From NCBI RefSeq assembly GCF_006345805.1, contig NC_043006.1, forward strand, positions 94,488,001 to 94,552,000: a DNA stretch of 64,000 bases, read 5' to 3'. This DNA is from Octopus sinensis. Its lineage: Eukaryota. Position numbers and translations under genes: made by a program. The notes under the pieces were generated by a model that was not told the origin of the DNA, did no database searches, and saw only the letters and a list, made by a program, of their open reading frames with translations. Positions 12,781-26,226 of this stretch are shown here, piece after piece; the stretch's first letter is position 1; every line of letters begins with the position of its first letter.

Positions 12781-14214
12781 CCAGACGAGATGGTGAAGAT
12801 GCCGACGACCGCTCGTACAATGTCTCTCTTGACCAGAAATGGCCTGAACTCTTTGTATGACCACCCTCCCTGTACATAACTCCCTGTCCCCCTACATGGC
12901 CTTGCTTTTGCTTTTTGAGCCAATAAAAATTGAATTGAATAGTCTCTTGAAACAGCTTTCGTTGCCTCTTCTCGACAAATGCCCAGATGTACCTGACAAG
13001 CCTAAATTGCTTTCGACTCTACTCGAAATTGTCACACCATTCACAGTTACGTTTTCTATGCAGTTCTAGAAGTACCAGTGAATTAATATTTTTGCGGTGG
13101 GAATTTACCAGTGTTTATGCATGGCATGAATTGTATCGCTTTCAAAATGCATTTGTGATAAGTTTGACGTCTTACATTGCATAAATACATAAATATGGCG
13201 TAGATACAGCAGATGAAAAAGAAACAGTAATCAATTTTCAAATCATTAATTAACGATTTTAATATAATATTAATTCCTGGCATAGAATTCGATTCGAAAA
13301 GACCAATGTTACCACTCTCTTGCAGTATCTCATATTCTAAGAGAAAGTTAATAAAAATATTTTGTAATTCATTTTACATACATATTTGCTTATTTACTGA
13401 CATTTCAAATCTAATATATAAATTTAAATAAAATATGTTTACAACATAAATATAAAATATGTACACAACAAATAACATAATTATTTAACATACAAATTAC
13501 AAAATATAGATATTATCCACATTTATGTATATAAATAATAAACAATAAGAACATTTATAATAAAAATAAGAATATAACATTTTATATGAAATATAGCAAT
13601 AAACATAAATTGTGAATGTAACATAAATATAAATGGAATATATATCATAAAAATATAACAATAATAGAGACAAGGTTATATTTCAACGAAAATATACTTT
13701 TTTAATTTTATATTAAAATAGATTAGGTAAAACACAGAAGCAAATAATAAGACTTTTCATTATATGTTAACCTTCCATACACAGGTGACATCCACAGGAA
13801 GGCGGTGAATTTGTGTCAGAAGAGGTTCGGACAAAATGCCTGAATTCAAACCCTGTCGAGGTCAATTTTACCTTTCCTTTTTCCTTGATCAACAAAAGCG
13901 CTAATAGAGGGCGCTTGATTAGTGGACCAGTATGAACATTGAATGGGACATTTTTCAAAGTTGTCCCCCACACATAAATCCTAAAGTTCTGAATTCGATA
14001 CTCGCTACTTGACTTAAACCATCACCTGGTTTTGAAGTCACCACCCGGCACCATAGATGCCTTTAGCTAAGTCCACCCTGTTGCAAGTATTTAGCCCAGC
14101 GCTTCTGTTCCAAGATACCTTTCTCTCTTCTTTCTTCTAGTTTTGGAGGCCCTAAGATGTGTTATGGGCGCTGCCCCTCTTTTCGATTAAAGTATTTTAA
14201 AAGAACACATAAAC

Positions 14215-14490
14215 ATTGGCGCAAGCTTGGCTGTGTGGTTTGAAGTTTGCTTCCTAACCAAATGGTTCTGAGCTCAGTCACATTGCGTGACACTTTGGTC
14301 AAGCGCCTTCTACTATAGCCCCGGTTCGACCTAAGTCTTGTAAGTAGTTTTGTTGATGGAAAATGAAAGAAGCTCTTCGTGTGTGTATGTGTGTGTATCC
14401 TCTCCTCACCACCGCTTGACAACCAGAGTTAGTGCATTTAAATACTCGTAACTAAGCGGTCCGACAAAAAGACATTAACGGAATAGGTGC
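14215..14490 (+). mobile_element. SINE family A, diverged copy
   Basis: Head, body, (TG)n and tail are collinear with 29053-29420. Confidence 0.7.
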
Positions 14491-14619
14491 AGATACTAGA
14501 CACATCGAGCTTTCTTAGCTATTTTTTCACAGATTTCTAAAAATCAAATATATATACAAACTTATAGGTATTATAAATTTCACAGGGATTTTATAGACAA
14601 CCTGTTTGTATGGAATATT

Positions 14620-14755
14620 ACTACAGGATTCTTTCAGTTTCCGTCGACTAAATCCATTTACAAGGATTAGCTCGAGGATATAGTAGAAGATACTGATTCA
14701 AAGAGCCATGTAGCGAGAGTGAAATCGGAACCATGTGGTTACTAAACATACTTCT
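14620..14755 (-). mobile_element. SINE family A head fragment, diverged
   Basis: Reverse-complement similarity to the family A head. Confidence 0.6.
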
Positions 14756-14827
14756 TAACACACAGGAACACCTGCACCTATATATATATATATATATAGA
14801 TATATATATATATATATATATATATAG

Positions 14828-14858
<31 letters not shown>

Positions 14859-14862
14859 ATAT

Positions 14863-14928
<66 letters not shown>

Positions 14929-15000
14929 AATATATATATATATTATATATAATATATATATATATACATACATACATATAACACACACACATACATGTAT

Positions 15001-15066
<66 letters not shown>

Positions 15067-15666
15067 ATGTGTACGCAGAATAGCCAGATCATGTGATTTC
15101 AACGTGCCCCGCCTCTTCAGGGGCAGGCATCCAGTACCCACATATCAGAGAAATTTCCCTACAACGATGTATGTGATTTCAGTGACCAACATGTTTATCA
15201 AAAGCTAATTACTAGAGACAGAACCAGTCTAACAATCCATCCACGTTAAGTTGCATATAAACATTGCCTTTTGTTATTAATACTGCTTTTATCACCAAAC
15301 GATTATTTGTCTGCTGCGCTGAAAATTCAACCAGCTCACTGTCTTCAAAAACAAAGAGACCGGAATAATAATGACAAATTGTTTTGTTAAATTTTTCCTT
15401 ATTTTAAAATTATTTGAAACAAAAGCAGTCTACTTCAACATGAAAGTAGTATCAAAACAATCACATACCAAAACATAAAAATATACATATTTGTGCTTTT
15501 AAACATTATATATTGGAATTACATTAGTTAGTGGTAAAGGTAAAAATTTTAAATGCTACAATCTTAAACGTTTGCGGAACACACCTTTCAAAATATAATG
15601 AAAGTCTGGAATAAAATAGTCTCTGTGAAGTTCAAACATTTGTCACGGATTTGGTGCAGTAGATGA

Positions 15667-15742
<76 letters not shown>

Positions 15743-16259
15743 GTGTACTGTTTTATTGAATAAAGATTGGAATGACAAATACATGCGTAATGCATTTCTG
15801 CGTCTGTGGACATGCGTACTTGAAAATGTTAGTATGTCGACTCCTTTAGCCCTTTTCCTAATAGATACTGCTCCTTATTCCTTGGCCTTAGATTTTGATA
15901 TACAAAAATTTGATCAACAAAACTATTGATTAAAACTGACCCCAAAATAACAATGACGAGCTAGATGTCTAACAAGTTTTTTTCCTGATGCCTTAGTAGC
16001 TTCTAAGCTGAAGTGAATACAGCATGTTCTTTGTCTATATCCTTATCTCCTTGGAGGTTTTAGATAAAAATTATACTAACGTGTCCATCTGTTTTAATTT
16101 AATTTAATTCTATGTATTTATATAGCTGAGGATTGCTCTGCATTCAAATGTATGTAATGGTTGCATTGTTCAATTAAATGGAATCATTTGAAATGATCGT
16201 ACTGCATTACATCTGGATATCCTGCTGCTTATTTTGATTATATATATATATATATGTTT

Positions 16260-16321
<62 letters not shown>

Positions 16322-16325
<4 letters not shown>

Positions 16326-16925
16326 TAAATAATGGTACAAAAAGGCAGCGATATTTACTGGAAAATAGCAATCGTAATAAATACGACGCTATTGAATAGC
16401 TTCACTGCGAAAATACTATCAAAGACGCGTATGTGCAACAAACATGAAAAAATTTGTCTTACCTCTAGGAAGAACATCTGAAAAATGGAAAACCTAGAAT
16501 CGGATAATGCAGGGCCGGTTTCAGACTCTTCAAATACGTTTGACAACGTAGATTTGATTTGTCTTCATCAGCTGCATATACCTAGACAATATTTCAAATA
16601 TTGCCACATCTATGCTAGTACACTCGTCTGAACGCCAAAACGTTAACAGAACGATAACAGTGAAGAAGTTTCAATGATAATAATAATATTGCTTTCCAGT
16701 AAAAGATAGCCCTTAAGGGTAAAATTATACATATAAAAGTAAATAAATGGTACAACAAGGCACCGATATTTACTGGAAAATAGCAATTGTAATAAATACG
16801 ACGCTATTGTATAGCTTCACTGCGTAAATACTAGCAAAGACGCGTGTGTGCAACAAACATGAAAAAAATTTGTCTTACCTCTAGGAAGAACATCTGAAAA
16901 TGGAAAACCTAGAATCGGATAATCG
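16322..16925 (-). mobile_element. ~1.5-mer of a ~413-bp unit carrying a decayed HHR, between (TA)n tracts
   Basis: A ~190-bp direct repeat lies at 16322-16507 and 16736-16922. The minus strand at 16531-16576 reads CTGATGA A GAC...GTC AAACGTA (G12 missing). Confidence 0.65.
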
Positions 16926-17143
16926 GATATATATATATAGATACACACACACACACACACACACACACCACACACACACACACAACATATATATATATAT
17001 ATATACATACACACACACACATATATATATGTACATATATATAAATTACTCTTTATCTTATATTAAACTTTTAATAGTTTTTGATAGTTTAAAAAGAAAA
17101 TAAACAAAAAAAAAAATAATGAATAAATAAATAAAATAATAAT

Positions 17144-17196
<53 letters not shown>

Positions 17197-17479
17197 AAAT
17201 TTATAAGTTTAATTTATTAATTTAAATAATTTTTTAAAAATTTTAACTTTAATTTAAATATTTTAATTGGATTTTTATATTTTATATTTTATATTTTTTA
17301 TATTTTTTAATTTTATTTCTATGTACTGGCTTATGATTTTCACTGTTTGATTTGCCTAATAGTGGTTTTATCTCTAATTTAATATAATATATATACATAC
17401 TTATATATATATATAAGAATATGTTCATGAAACTCTCAGCATAACAGGTCCAAGCTTTTAGTATTGTCTGTTGTACATA

Positions 17480-17640
17480 GATTCAGCGATGGTTATGTGG
17501 CTCAGAGGTTCGCTTTGTAACCAAGTGGTTTAGGGTTAGCGCCAATGCACGGCATCCTGGGCAGGTGTCTTCTACTATAGTTACGGACCGACCAGTGCCT
17601 TTTGAGTGGATTTGGTAGACGGCAGCTGCGACATCACCAA
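17480..17640 (+). mobile_element. SINE family A head and body, diverged
   Basis: cttgggcaggtgtcttctactatag...gagtggatttggtagacgg matches family A. Confidence 0.7.
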
Positions 17641-17744
17641 GAAAAACAACAATGAAATAAATAATCAACAAAAGGACCTGTATGCAAGAAAAGGGCCTAA
17701 TCAACAAAAGGGTCTATGGCTCAATATGATAGAAGAACTAGAGG

Positions 17745-17925
17745 CATTGTGGCTGATTTGTTAGCATTCCGGGCAAAATGCATAACAGTATTTCATCTTG
17801 AAGTTCTTAGTTCAAATTCGGGGTTGATAAAATAAGTACCTGCCGATCACTAAGGTCGATGTAATCCACTTATGCCCTTCACCCCGCCCGAAATTGCTAG
17901 ACTTTTGCCCAAATTTGAAACTAGT
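17745..17925 (+). mobile_element. SINE family C, diverged
   Basis: gttcaaattc...ggggttgataaaataagtacc...ggtcgatgtaatc matches family C. Confidence 0.65.
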
Positions 17926-18155
17926 ATGATATAAGTAACAGATAAATCTCCCTCAAATAAAATCAAAATCACTTATTTAAAAAATAGGCACAATAGATAA
18001 CATTCTTGAAAAGAAACCATGGACTTTAAAGCTGTAGCGCATTTGACCGGAGGCTTCCGCAATTAGACCCACTTGTAGTAAACAACAACAACATCAACTA
18101 TCTTAAGAAGAAACCAACATCAACAATTAACAAAAAGGATAAAAAAGGTAATAAC

Positions 18156-18500
18156 AACAAGAGCTCTCAGAGAGCGCAAGCCTCCGCCAAGGCAACACCA
18201 ACGTCCTCTCAACGATTAGCCAGAGATGAAATAAATTCGATTGTTCTCACAAACGATAATACTAAAAATGAACCCGACCGCTCTCAGAAATTAAGTAAAA
18301 AAATACGGAAAATAATCCAGAATCCTTGTCCGGTACCAGATCGATCCCAAAATCTAACCAGTTCGTGCTAGTTATAAAGCCAAACATCCCTGAAAGTTTC
18401 ATTTAAATCCACCTGGTGGTTCTTGAGATATCTTGTCTACGGACAAACAAACAAACACGACTGAAAACAATACCTCCACCTTCGCTAAGGCGGAGGTAAT
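18156..18500 (-). mobile_element. Non-autonomous Helentron-associated (HINE/DINE-1-like) element
   Basis: The minus strand starts attacctccgcc plus a hairpin, has a (TTTG)n tract, and ends ggcggagg, then a gctctc-t-gagagc palindrome, then TT. The subterminal inverted repeats plus terminal stem-loop fit the HINE architecture. Confidence 0.7.
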
Positions 18501-18639
18501 GATGACATTTGTTATTCTAAGGAAAAAAAGTAAATTAGGTGAGATTGGTGAAATTCTTAAATTCATACTCTGTACACATACGATTACACACACAAGGATA
18601 CATACACACTTATAAACGCAAACGTATTTTAAAAGGCTC

Positions 18640-18965
18640 TCCATCAATGACAACGACGACGGTTCCGGCTGATTTGATCGACGGAGCAGTCTGAGAAATT
18701 AACGTGTAAGTGACTGAGCACTCACCCTTAACGTTCTCAGGAAGATTCAGTGTGACACAGAATGGCTGGCCCCTTTGAATAATAGGAATTCTGTGTATTA
18801 ATTGTTTCAGTCATTTGACTGTGGCCATAATGGATCACCGCCTTTAGCTGAACAAATCGATCCCAGGACTTATTCTTTGTAAGCCTAGTACTTATTCTAT
18901 CGGATTCTTTCGCTGAACCCGCTAATTTACCGGGACGTAAACATACCAACATCGCTTGTCAAGTG
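18640..18965 (-). mobile_element. SINE family B fragment followed by a family A tail
   Basis: 18640-18790 matches the family B body at 43830-43930. 18805-18965 is the family A tail in reverse. Confidence 0.7.
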
Positions 18966-19621
18966 AATGTGGGTAAGACAAATACAGACATACAAACACA
19001 CACACATATACGCGCACGCGTATATATATCTATATCTATATCTATATGTATATAATATAATATATATATTTATATTATATATATATATATATATATATAA
19101 ATAATAATAAAGATTAGGGAATAAATCCAAATTTACAGGGAAAAAATCAGATTTAGGATTAAATCGATTTTTAGTAAATATTATAAAATATTATTCGAGA
19201 CAAAACCACTATTTTGCAAAACAAACAAGGAAGACTTAATCAATACATAAAATTTAATAATAGTCAAAAAAACCGCCACTACAATCGTATTAATATATAT
19301 ATATAGGTGGGTGATTTAGTGTATGTAGTTAGGTATGGTTTTATATAATTAGGTATATGCGTATGGGTGTATATATAGTTTATTATTATATTATTATTAT
19401 TTTTTTGTTTTGTTTTATATTTTATATTTTATATTTTATATTTTATATTTCTATTTAATTGTTGATAGGTTTTTTTAGTTTATATATGTTTATATTGATT
19501 ATATATGGATTATAGATAGGTTATATAGGATTATATACTTATATTTTTTCATTCATACTTTAATTATTTTTAAAATTAATTATTTTTTTTATATTAAAAT
19601 ATGATTTTTTAGATTGGAAGT

Positions 19622-19661
19622 CCACCTGAAGATTGTCGATCAGACAGAACGATTGTAGTGG
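19622..19661 (+). ncRNA. Near-intact minimal hammerhead motif (GAAA lacks one A)
   Basis: CCAC CTGAAGA T TGTC-GATCA-GACA GAAC GATTGTA/GTGG. Stem I is CCAC/GTGG. Confidence 0.55.
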
Positions 19662-19841
19662 CGGTTTTTTTGACTATTTATTAATTTTATGTATTGATTA
19701 AGTCTTTCCTTGTTTGTTTTGCAAAATAGTGGTTTGTCTCGATAATATTTTATATATATATAATATATATAACAATATAATAATAAATAAAACATGCATA
19801 TATACATATATGTACATACTTACATCTATATGTAATATACA

Positions 19842-19896
<55 letters not shown>

Positions 19897-20600
19897 TATA
19901 TATGAGTACAGGACACCACAAATAAACGTAGAACACCACAAGAAACGAAAACATAAAATCAAACAAGGAAACGAACTTTTTTTAACAACGAAAAAACAAA
20001 GTACAAGACAAACAATACAAGGAAAATTCCCCTTCATCAGCTGCCCCTGGTTCGACTCAGTGCGTAAGTTTTTATTTATATATGTATACTAGCAGTATCG
20101 CCCTGCGTTGCTCAGGTTTGTGAGGGAAATAACTATATATGCATTTTTAGAGAGTTACTTCCCTTATAGATGCCAATTCGGGCTTTCTTAGCCATTTCTG
20201 TTTTGGTGTTTTCAAGCCATGAAGTCGTTGTTCTAAAAGAACGCTGGTCTCCTTGACAACGCTTTACGACGTTGATTTCCTTACACTCCCTTCCCCACAG
20301 CTTCACGAGGGAGGGAAGAAGGGGGAGAAGCAAACAGGTGCAGGTGTGACCATGGACGCCAACTCCGCCGCCATCGACACACGAAAAATTATGCATTAAA
20401 ATGGAATAAAAAATGATGTTAAATTATTTTTAAAATCGTAGACTCATCGTAGACGCGCCCTAATACGCAGACGGGCTCAATATGAATCACGACTACAAGA
20501 TACCCGAATTTGGTTAAACTGCACCGCAAAATGTGGGAGTAGTTAGGAATCTAAATCGAAAGGGACAGACACTCACACAACTACAGTTTTATATATATAG

Positions 20601-20631
<31 letters not shown>

Positions 20632-20656
20632 GCGTGCGCGCATTTGTATGTGCTTG

Positions 20657-20694
<38 letters not shown>

Positions 20695-20699
20695 CTACG

Positions 20700-20800
20700 T
20701 GATACTTTCAGTTGTTTCCGTCTATCAAATCCACTCACAAGGCTTTGGTCGGCCCGTGGCTATAGTAGAAGACACTTGCCCGAGGTGTCACACAGTGGTA
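20700..20800 (-). mobile_element. SINE family A body fragment
   Basis: Reverse complement of the family A body. A family B head fragment follows at about 20840-20910. Confidence 0.7.
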
Positions 20801-20980
20801 GAACTTAGCTAAGTAGACTGTAGGAAGGAAGAATATAGCGTCTTGCCCAAAGGCACAATGAACCGCCGGGAATCGAAATCACAACCTCACAATCATAAGC
20901 TGAATATCCTCACCCCTTCGCAACAAACACGTGCATTGTCAAAATTATATATGCATATATATATGTATGTAACTCTCTAT

Positions 20981-21026
20981 CTACTGATGAGCTTTAATTC
21001 CAAGCGAAACTAGCTTGCAAGTATAG
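20981..21026 (+). ncRNA. Type I hammerhead ribozyme, intact core
   Basis: CTA CTGATGA GCTT-TAATTCC-AAGC GAAA CT-AGCTTGCA-AG TA/TAG. Predicted cut at 21023/21024. Confidence 0.75.
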
Positions 21027-21477
21027 TGAACACGCTCGCTGTGGGACGGTTATCTCCCCTCTTAGTACATAGACAATGTTCTTTTTGTGGTTATCAGTGT
21101 CTTTGACACTTGTTTCTAGCAATATAGGGGCTACCTTGCAACCTCAGTCACTATTAGTAACAAGTGAATTTTTCCTTTTTGATTTTATATTGTATCTGGC
21201 CACCTTCGCTATTTTATGTATACGTTTACAATTATGTGCTGTGACTGCAACATTAGAGCATTTTAGCTCTTATTTCTAGCAATGTAGGTGTTTCTGACAC
21301 CCGAGTCACATTTGGTGATAATTATAATCTTACCTTTTGGTAAAACTTTGCAAACTGCTGTCTATTTTAATTCTATGAATACACATTAGCGATTCTCTAA
21401 ATCATCTGTAGATTTCTATGAAGAAAACATATATACAGACAAGGAAATAAACCGAAATCTGCCGAAGCAGAGCCAGT

Positions 21478-21527
21478 CTTTACTGATGAGTAACGGAAAT
21501 TACCGAAATTGAATTCAGTATAACAAG
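21478..21527 (+). ncRNA. Near-canonical hammerhead motif with palindromic stem III
   Basis: TTA CTGATGA GTAA-CGGAAA-TTAC C GAAA TTGAATTCAG TA/TAA. There is one extra C before GAAA and stem I is short. Confidence 0.55.
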
Positions 21528-22269
21528 TTTTCGAACCGCGTTTTCGGATGATTATAGTCTCTGTCTGTGTACATATTTATGTGCTTTGACAACAGCTTTA
21601 GAGCATGTTAGCTCCTATTTCTAGCAATGTTGGTGTTTATAACACCATAGTCGCATTTTGTGACAAATATAGTTCTCCTTTTGGTAAAACACCACAAATC
21701 ACAACAATTGTTTCTGTGCAATGGTAACAAGTGTTCGTTGCTGAGTTTTCCATATCATATTGTTACATAGAATATCATATAAATAAATATGAACCAGTAC
21801 CAGGCTTGTTGTTGTGTACCCGTACCTCATGAGGTGAGTGCCTTTGAGAACAATGTCGCACCACGCATAGCTTCCCATTGTATTAAGCCATAGTCAATTT
21901 TAGCATTCCCTCTATACTAAGAAAGAGAGAGATAATGTAAATGCGTATCTGTACATGATACAAATATCGCGCGCGCACACACATATACTTACACACACAC
22001 AGACACACACAAAGTGTACATTAACTTTCTATATAAAAATGATGGAAGTGAAACTAAAGTACCAGTCTCACTATATTTTCAGGAGAAAACTTTTGAAAGT
22101 GACTTCGAAATGTCGGTTTACTTACCTATATCAGACTGATGATAGTCAAGGAGTCGAAACTTCAAATTAACTGTCAACGTTTTTCAAACACACAAACACA
22201 CACGCATAAATATATATTACACACAGGCGCGCGCGCGCACACACACACACACAAAACTTGACAAGGCCC

Positions 22270-22560
22270 ATGGTTCTGTAATTAAGACACCTACATAACG
22301 TGGGACGTTAATGTCATCAAAAAGGGACTGGACATTGCCCTATCCATGATACCGGCAGAACCAACACTCCGCCATGAGGTACAGATGAGGGAACCTGTGT
22401 CAAGCTCCCTCATGCACTGAACGGGTCAAAGGAAAAAGAACATGCAGGAATGGTGATATGAAATCCCAACACTCTGAAGAATTCAAGGGAGAATGATACG
22501 TAAAAGTGCAACATCGCAGAGGTGATCTCGCATACCGTGGCCGCCTGGCTGAAACGAATA
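22270..22560 (+). mobile_element. Old CR1-group LINE 3' end
   Basis: KKGLDIALSMIPAEPTLRHEVQMREPVSSSLMH parallels the C-terminus at 3000-3110. The tail reads TGGCC-GCCT-GGCTG AAAC. Confidence 0.7.
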
Positions 22561-22613
22561 TATATATGCGTGTGTATATATATATATAATAGCTGTACAT
22601 CATCTCCAAACCT

Positions 22614-22649
<36 letters not shown>

Positions 22650-22679
22650 GAATACAAAAATGGGACAATAACGCAAAAC

Positions 22680-22995
22680 ATTCAGACGGATAGATGATAC
22701 AAAAAAGGGAAAAGAAAATACAAGGACGGGTCATTCGGAGTTTTCTTCCTTAGTCGAGTTCCAGATTATCTTTGCAATTTCGGCTGGTTATACTCGAGTT
22801 TGCTCCAATCTGGCCAGCCCCAGGAAAAACTACGTTAAGAGCACTAGATTCCCTGGAAAAAAGCAGCGAATGTACACGAAAACAATGACGGAAGAAAACG
22901 GAGAAATGGTACACAAATACAAATGCAAATAACAGGACGTAACATCAGGTATCTTTCGACTAAAGACGAATTAAATTAAGCTGGCGTGTTGCATA
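22680..22995 (-). mobile_element. PLE-like terminal repeat (family H4)
   Basis: About 270 bp are homologous to 43130-43420, and a more distant relative lies at 8370-8550. The PLE assignment is inferred from the microsatellite context and an HHR-like remnant. Confidence 0.55.
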
Positions 22996-23165
22996 TATAT
23001 ATGTATATATATACATACACATATCTTGTATATATAATATGTGTGTAGAGACATGTATATATCGATATCTATCTGTCTATCTATCAATCTATCTATCTGA
23101 GCTAGCTACCTCCGTCTCCTCATCTACATATGTACATACGTATGTATGTATGTATGTATGTATTT

Positions 23166-23282
<117 letters not shown>

Positions 23283-24009
23283 CAATGACACTCTTGTGTA
23301 AGTGAAGATATACGAAAAAGTTCTTTTAATTCAATAAGCGATTAACGAATTCCTCTCAGGTATTTTTATTGAAACACATATTTTAATTAAAAGAAGAAAA
23401 AAAAAAGGAAAAGAAAATGCCCGTTCCTAAGATAAGAAGGCGATAAAGGCAAGGTGTTGGTACAACGGAAAATATGGGAAGTTGGACAGGAAATTTTGTT
23501 TTTGAAATATAAGTTGCATAGTTATTCTTAAGAATTTTATGGTATTTAAATTGAGATTGCTCTGAGAATTGCACTCGAGGATTTAATTTCTAGCTGTGTA
23601 AATAGCTATGTTTTAATTTTGATGAATAAAGAACAATCTGGCAATGAATACTTAATGAATATGTGTAAACATTCTTAAGTTGATAATTATTAAGAAATTA
23701 AGCCAGGGAATTTTTAAAGTTGGCATGCAATAAATGAATCTATGAGGAAAATTGTAATCAGATTTTGAAAATATCGACTAATGATAAAAGAATATGATAC
23801 TATAAAGTCTGTATCTTGGGCAACCATGTACATTTATACGATGCAGTTTGAGGGAAGTTTTGCTGCTATTTCTAAAATATCGAGCAATAATATACACCTT
23901 CTCCTATTTGCTTCAATAACTCATTTTCTTTTCTTATTGATATTGTCGTTGTGGTTGCTAGTGTTCTTGTTTCTGTTATTTGTTGAATTGATCCTATATG
24001 AAAAACGAT

Positions 24010-24036
24010 ATAATAATGATAACAATAATAATAATA

Positions 24037-24079
<43 letters not shown>

Positions 24080-24080
24080 C

Positions 24081-24135
<55 letters not shown>

Positions 24136-24200
24136 GTGATGATGATGATGATGATGATGATAATAATGATAATAATAATGATAAATGATAATAATAATAA
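24010..24200. repeat. (AAT)n/(GAT)n microsatellite array
   Basis: Direct inspection. Similar tracts continue at 24900-24930, 25478-25617, 26165-26225 and 26422-26530. Confidence 0.97.
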
Positions 24201-24204
24201 AAAC

Positions 24205-24895
24205 ATATAATGAAAATAAGTTAAACAAGTAACTGCAGAATATGTGGAGATGGATAAGAAACAATAAATCATATCATCTCTGGCTGCCCAGTCCTAGCTA
24301 AGAAAGAATATATTCACAGACACGACAGAGTTGGGAACAAAAATACACTGGAAGCTATGCTAACACTATGGAATAACAACAGAAAAAGATGGTGTAGGCA
24401 CACACCAGAAAAGGTCACAGAAAACGAGAAAGCAACCATACTCTGGGATATGCCAATACACACAGATAGAGATATTAAGGCCAACAGACCAGATATAGTT
24501 GTCAGAGATCATGAAGAAAAAAATGCTTTCTAATTGATGTATCAATACCAGCAGATGACAACGTGTCTCTAAAAGAAATGGAGAAACTTTCAAAATACAA
24601 AGACCTGGAAATAGAGGTAACCAGAATGTGGAATCTAAAAACAGAAACAATTCCTATCATAGTAGGTGCGTTAGGCATGATAAAAAAATACTCAGACAAA
24701 TGCATAACATAAATACCAAGACTAACAAATATACATAACATACAAAAAATTGCACTACTGGACACTGCACACATTCTACGCAGAACACTTTCCATACAAT
24801 AACCATCAGAGCATCACAACAAATTACAGCACATACCTAAGGCACACAGAGCTGCGCTCGGCAGTTAAGTGAAGCACGTTATAAAAATAGAACTA

Positions 24896-24899
<4 letters not shown>
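24205..24899 (+). mobile_element. 3' part of an R4/Dong-type non-LTR retrotransposon (CCHC knuckle plus restriction-like endonuclease)
   Basis: The plus frame, with stops, reads CRICGDG*ETINHIISGCPVLAKKEYIHRHD...LWDMPIHTDREIKANRPDIVV...IDVSIP...KYKDL...PIIVGALG. It sits inside (TAA)n, the known target of Dong elements. Confidence 0.88.
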
Positions 24900-24929
<30 letters not shown>

Positions 24930-24930
24930 T

Positions 24931-25476
24931 GCAGTACCAGGCAGTGGCTCTCATGGCTTCTGATCTTAACTGATTGGAAGTGTTATCATGTACATTGTTT
25001 TGTCTTGGTATAAAAGATGGGCTACAGCAAATATTCTGCTCAATACCACAGATTTGCTTGTCAGTTGTTTGACCTTAACCAGTTGACCATGTCCCTTAGT
25101 GGCTGACGATATGTGCATCTCTGATCACGAGCAGAAGTAGTGGGGGAGCATCATAGCCATGTGTTGAGAGGGATTCTTTGGGGTTTGAATAATTCACCTC
25201 TGGAAACATGGGTGGTTCTTTCAACATCCTTAAACAACCCTTATTCATGGATCGTTTGAGCGGGATGGGCTACTCTACCTGAAGAAAATTCTAACTGGGC
25301 CCCACCTGCAAGGTCATGTGCTGTTTATCTTGATAGGAGATCACCATGTCGCGCACATATGGTTGTGATGCATGTACCTGGTGTACCTTTATCAGACGGG
25401 TAGTCATGATGGGTATATTGGGCTTCGTATATTTTACCCCGGTGTCACTTTGATGTCATGAACTGCTCTCTCACTA
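24931..25476 (+). mobile_element. ~546-bp non-coding (TAA)n-tailed element, copy 1
   Basis: Highly similar to 25618-26164. Both copies end in (TAA)n. Confidence 0.75.
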
Positions 25477-25532
<56 letters not shown>

Positions 25533-25558
25533 TGATGATGATAATAATAATAATAATA

Positions 25559-25593
<35 letters not shown>

Positions 25594-25617
25594 GATGATG
25601 ATGATGATGATGATGAT

Positions 25618-26163
25618 GCAGTACCAGGCAGTGGCTCTCGTGGCTTCTGGTCTTAACTGATTGGAAGTGTTATCACGTACATTGTTTTGTCTTGGTATAA
25701 AAGATGGGCTACAGCAAATATTCTGCTCAATACCACAGATTTGCTTGTCAGTTGTTTGACCTTAACCAGTTGAGCATGCCCCTTAGTGGCTGACGATATG
25801 TGCATCTCTGATCACGAGCAGAAGTAGTGGGGGAGCATCATAGCCATGTGTTGAGAGGGATTCTTTGGGGTTTGAATAATTCACCTCTGGAAACATGGGT
25901 GGTTCGTTCAACATCCTTAAACAACCCTTATTCAGGGACTGTTTGAGCGGGATGGGCTACTCAACCTGAAGAAAATTCTAACTGGGCCCCACCTGCAAGG
26001 TCATGCGCTGTTTATCTTGATATGAGATCACCATGTCGCGCACATATGGTTGTGATGCATGTGCCTGGTGTACCCTTATCAGACGGGTAGTCATGATGTG
26101 TATATTGGGCTTCGTATATTTTACCCCAGTGTCACTTTAATGGCATGAACTGCTCTTTCACTC

Positions 26164-26164
<1 letters not shown>
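25618..26164 (+). mobile_element. ~546-bp non-coding (TAA)n-tailed element, copy 2
   Basis: Differs from copy 1 mainly by scattered substitutions. Confidence 0.75.

Positions 26165-26226
<62 letters not shown>

Larger units (their letters stand above)
10470..12945 (+). mobile_element. CR1/L2-group LINE with ORF1 and endonuclease but RT deleted
   Basis: ORF1-like frames are followed by an AP-endonuclease. At about 12765-12785 the sequence jumps into the 3' end shared with 32920-33090. Confidence 0.85.
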
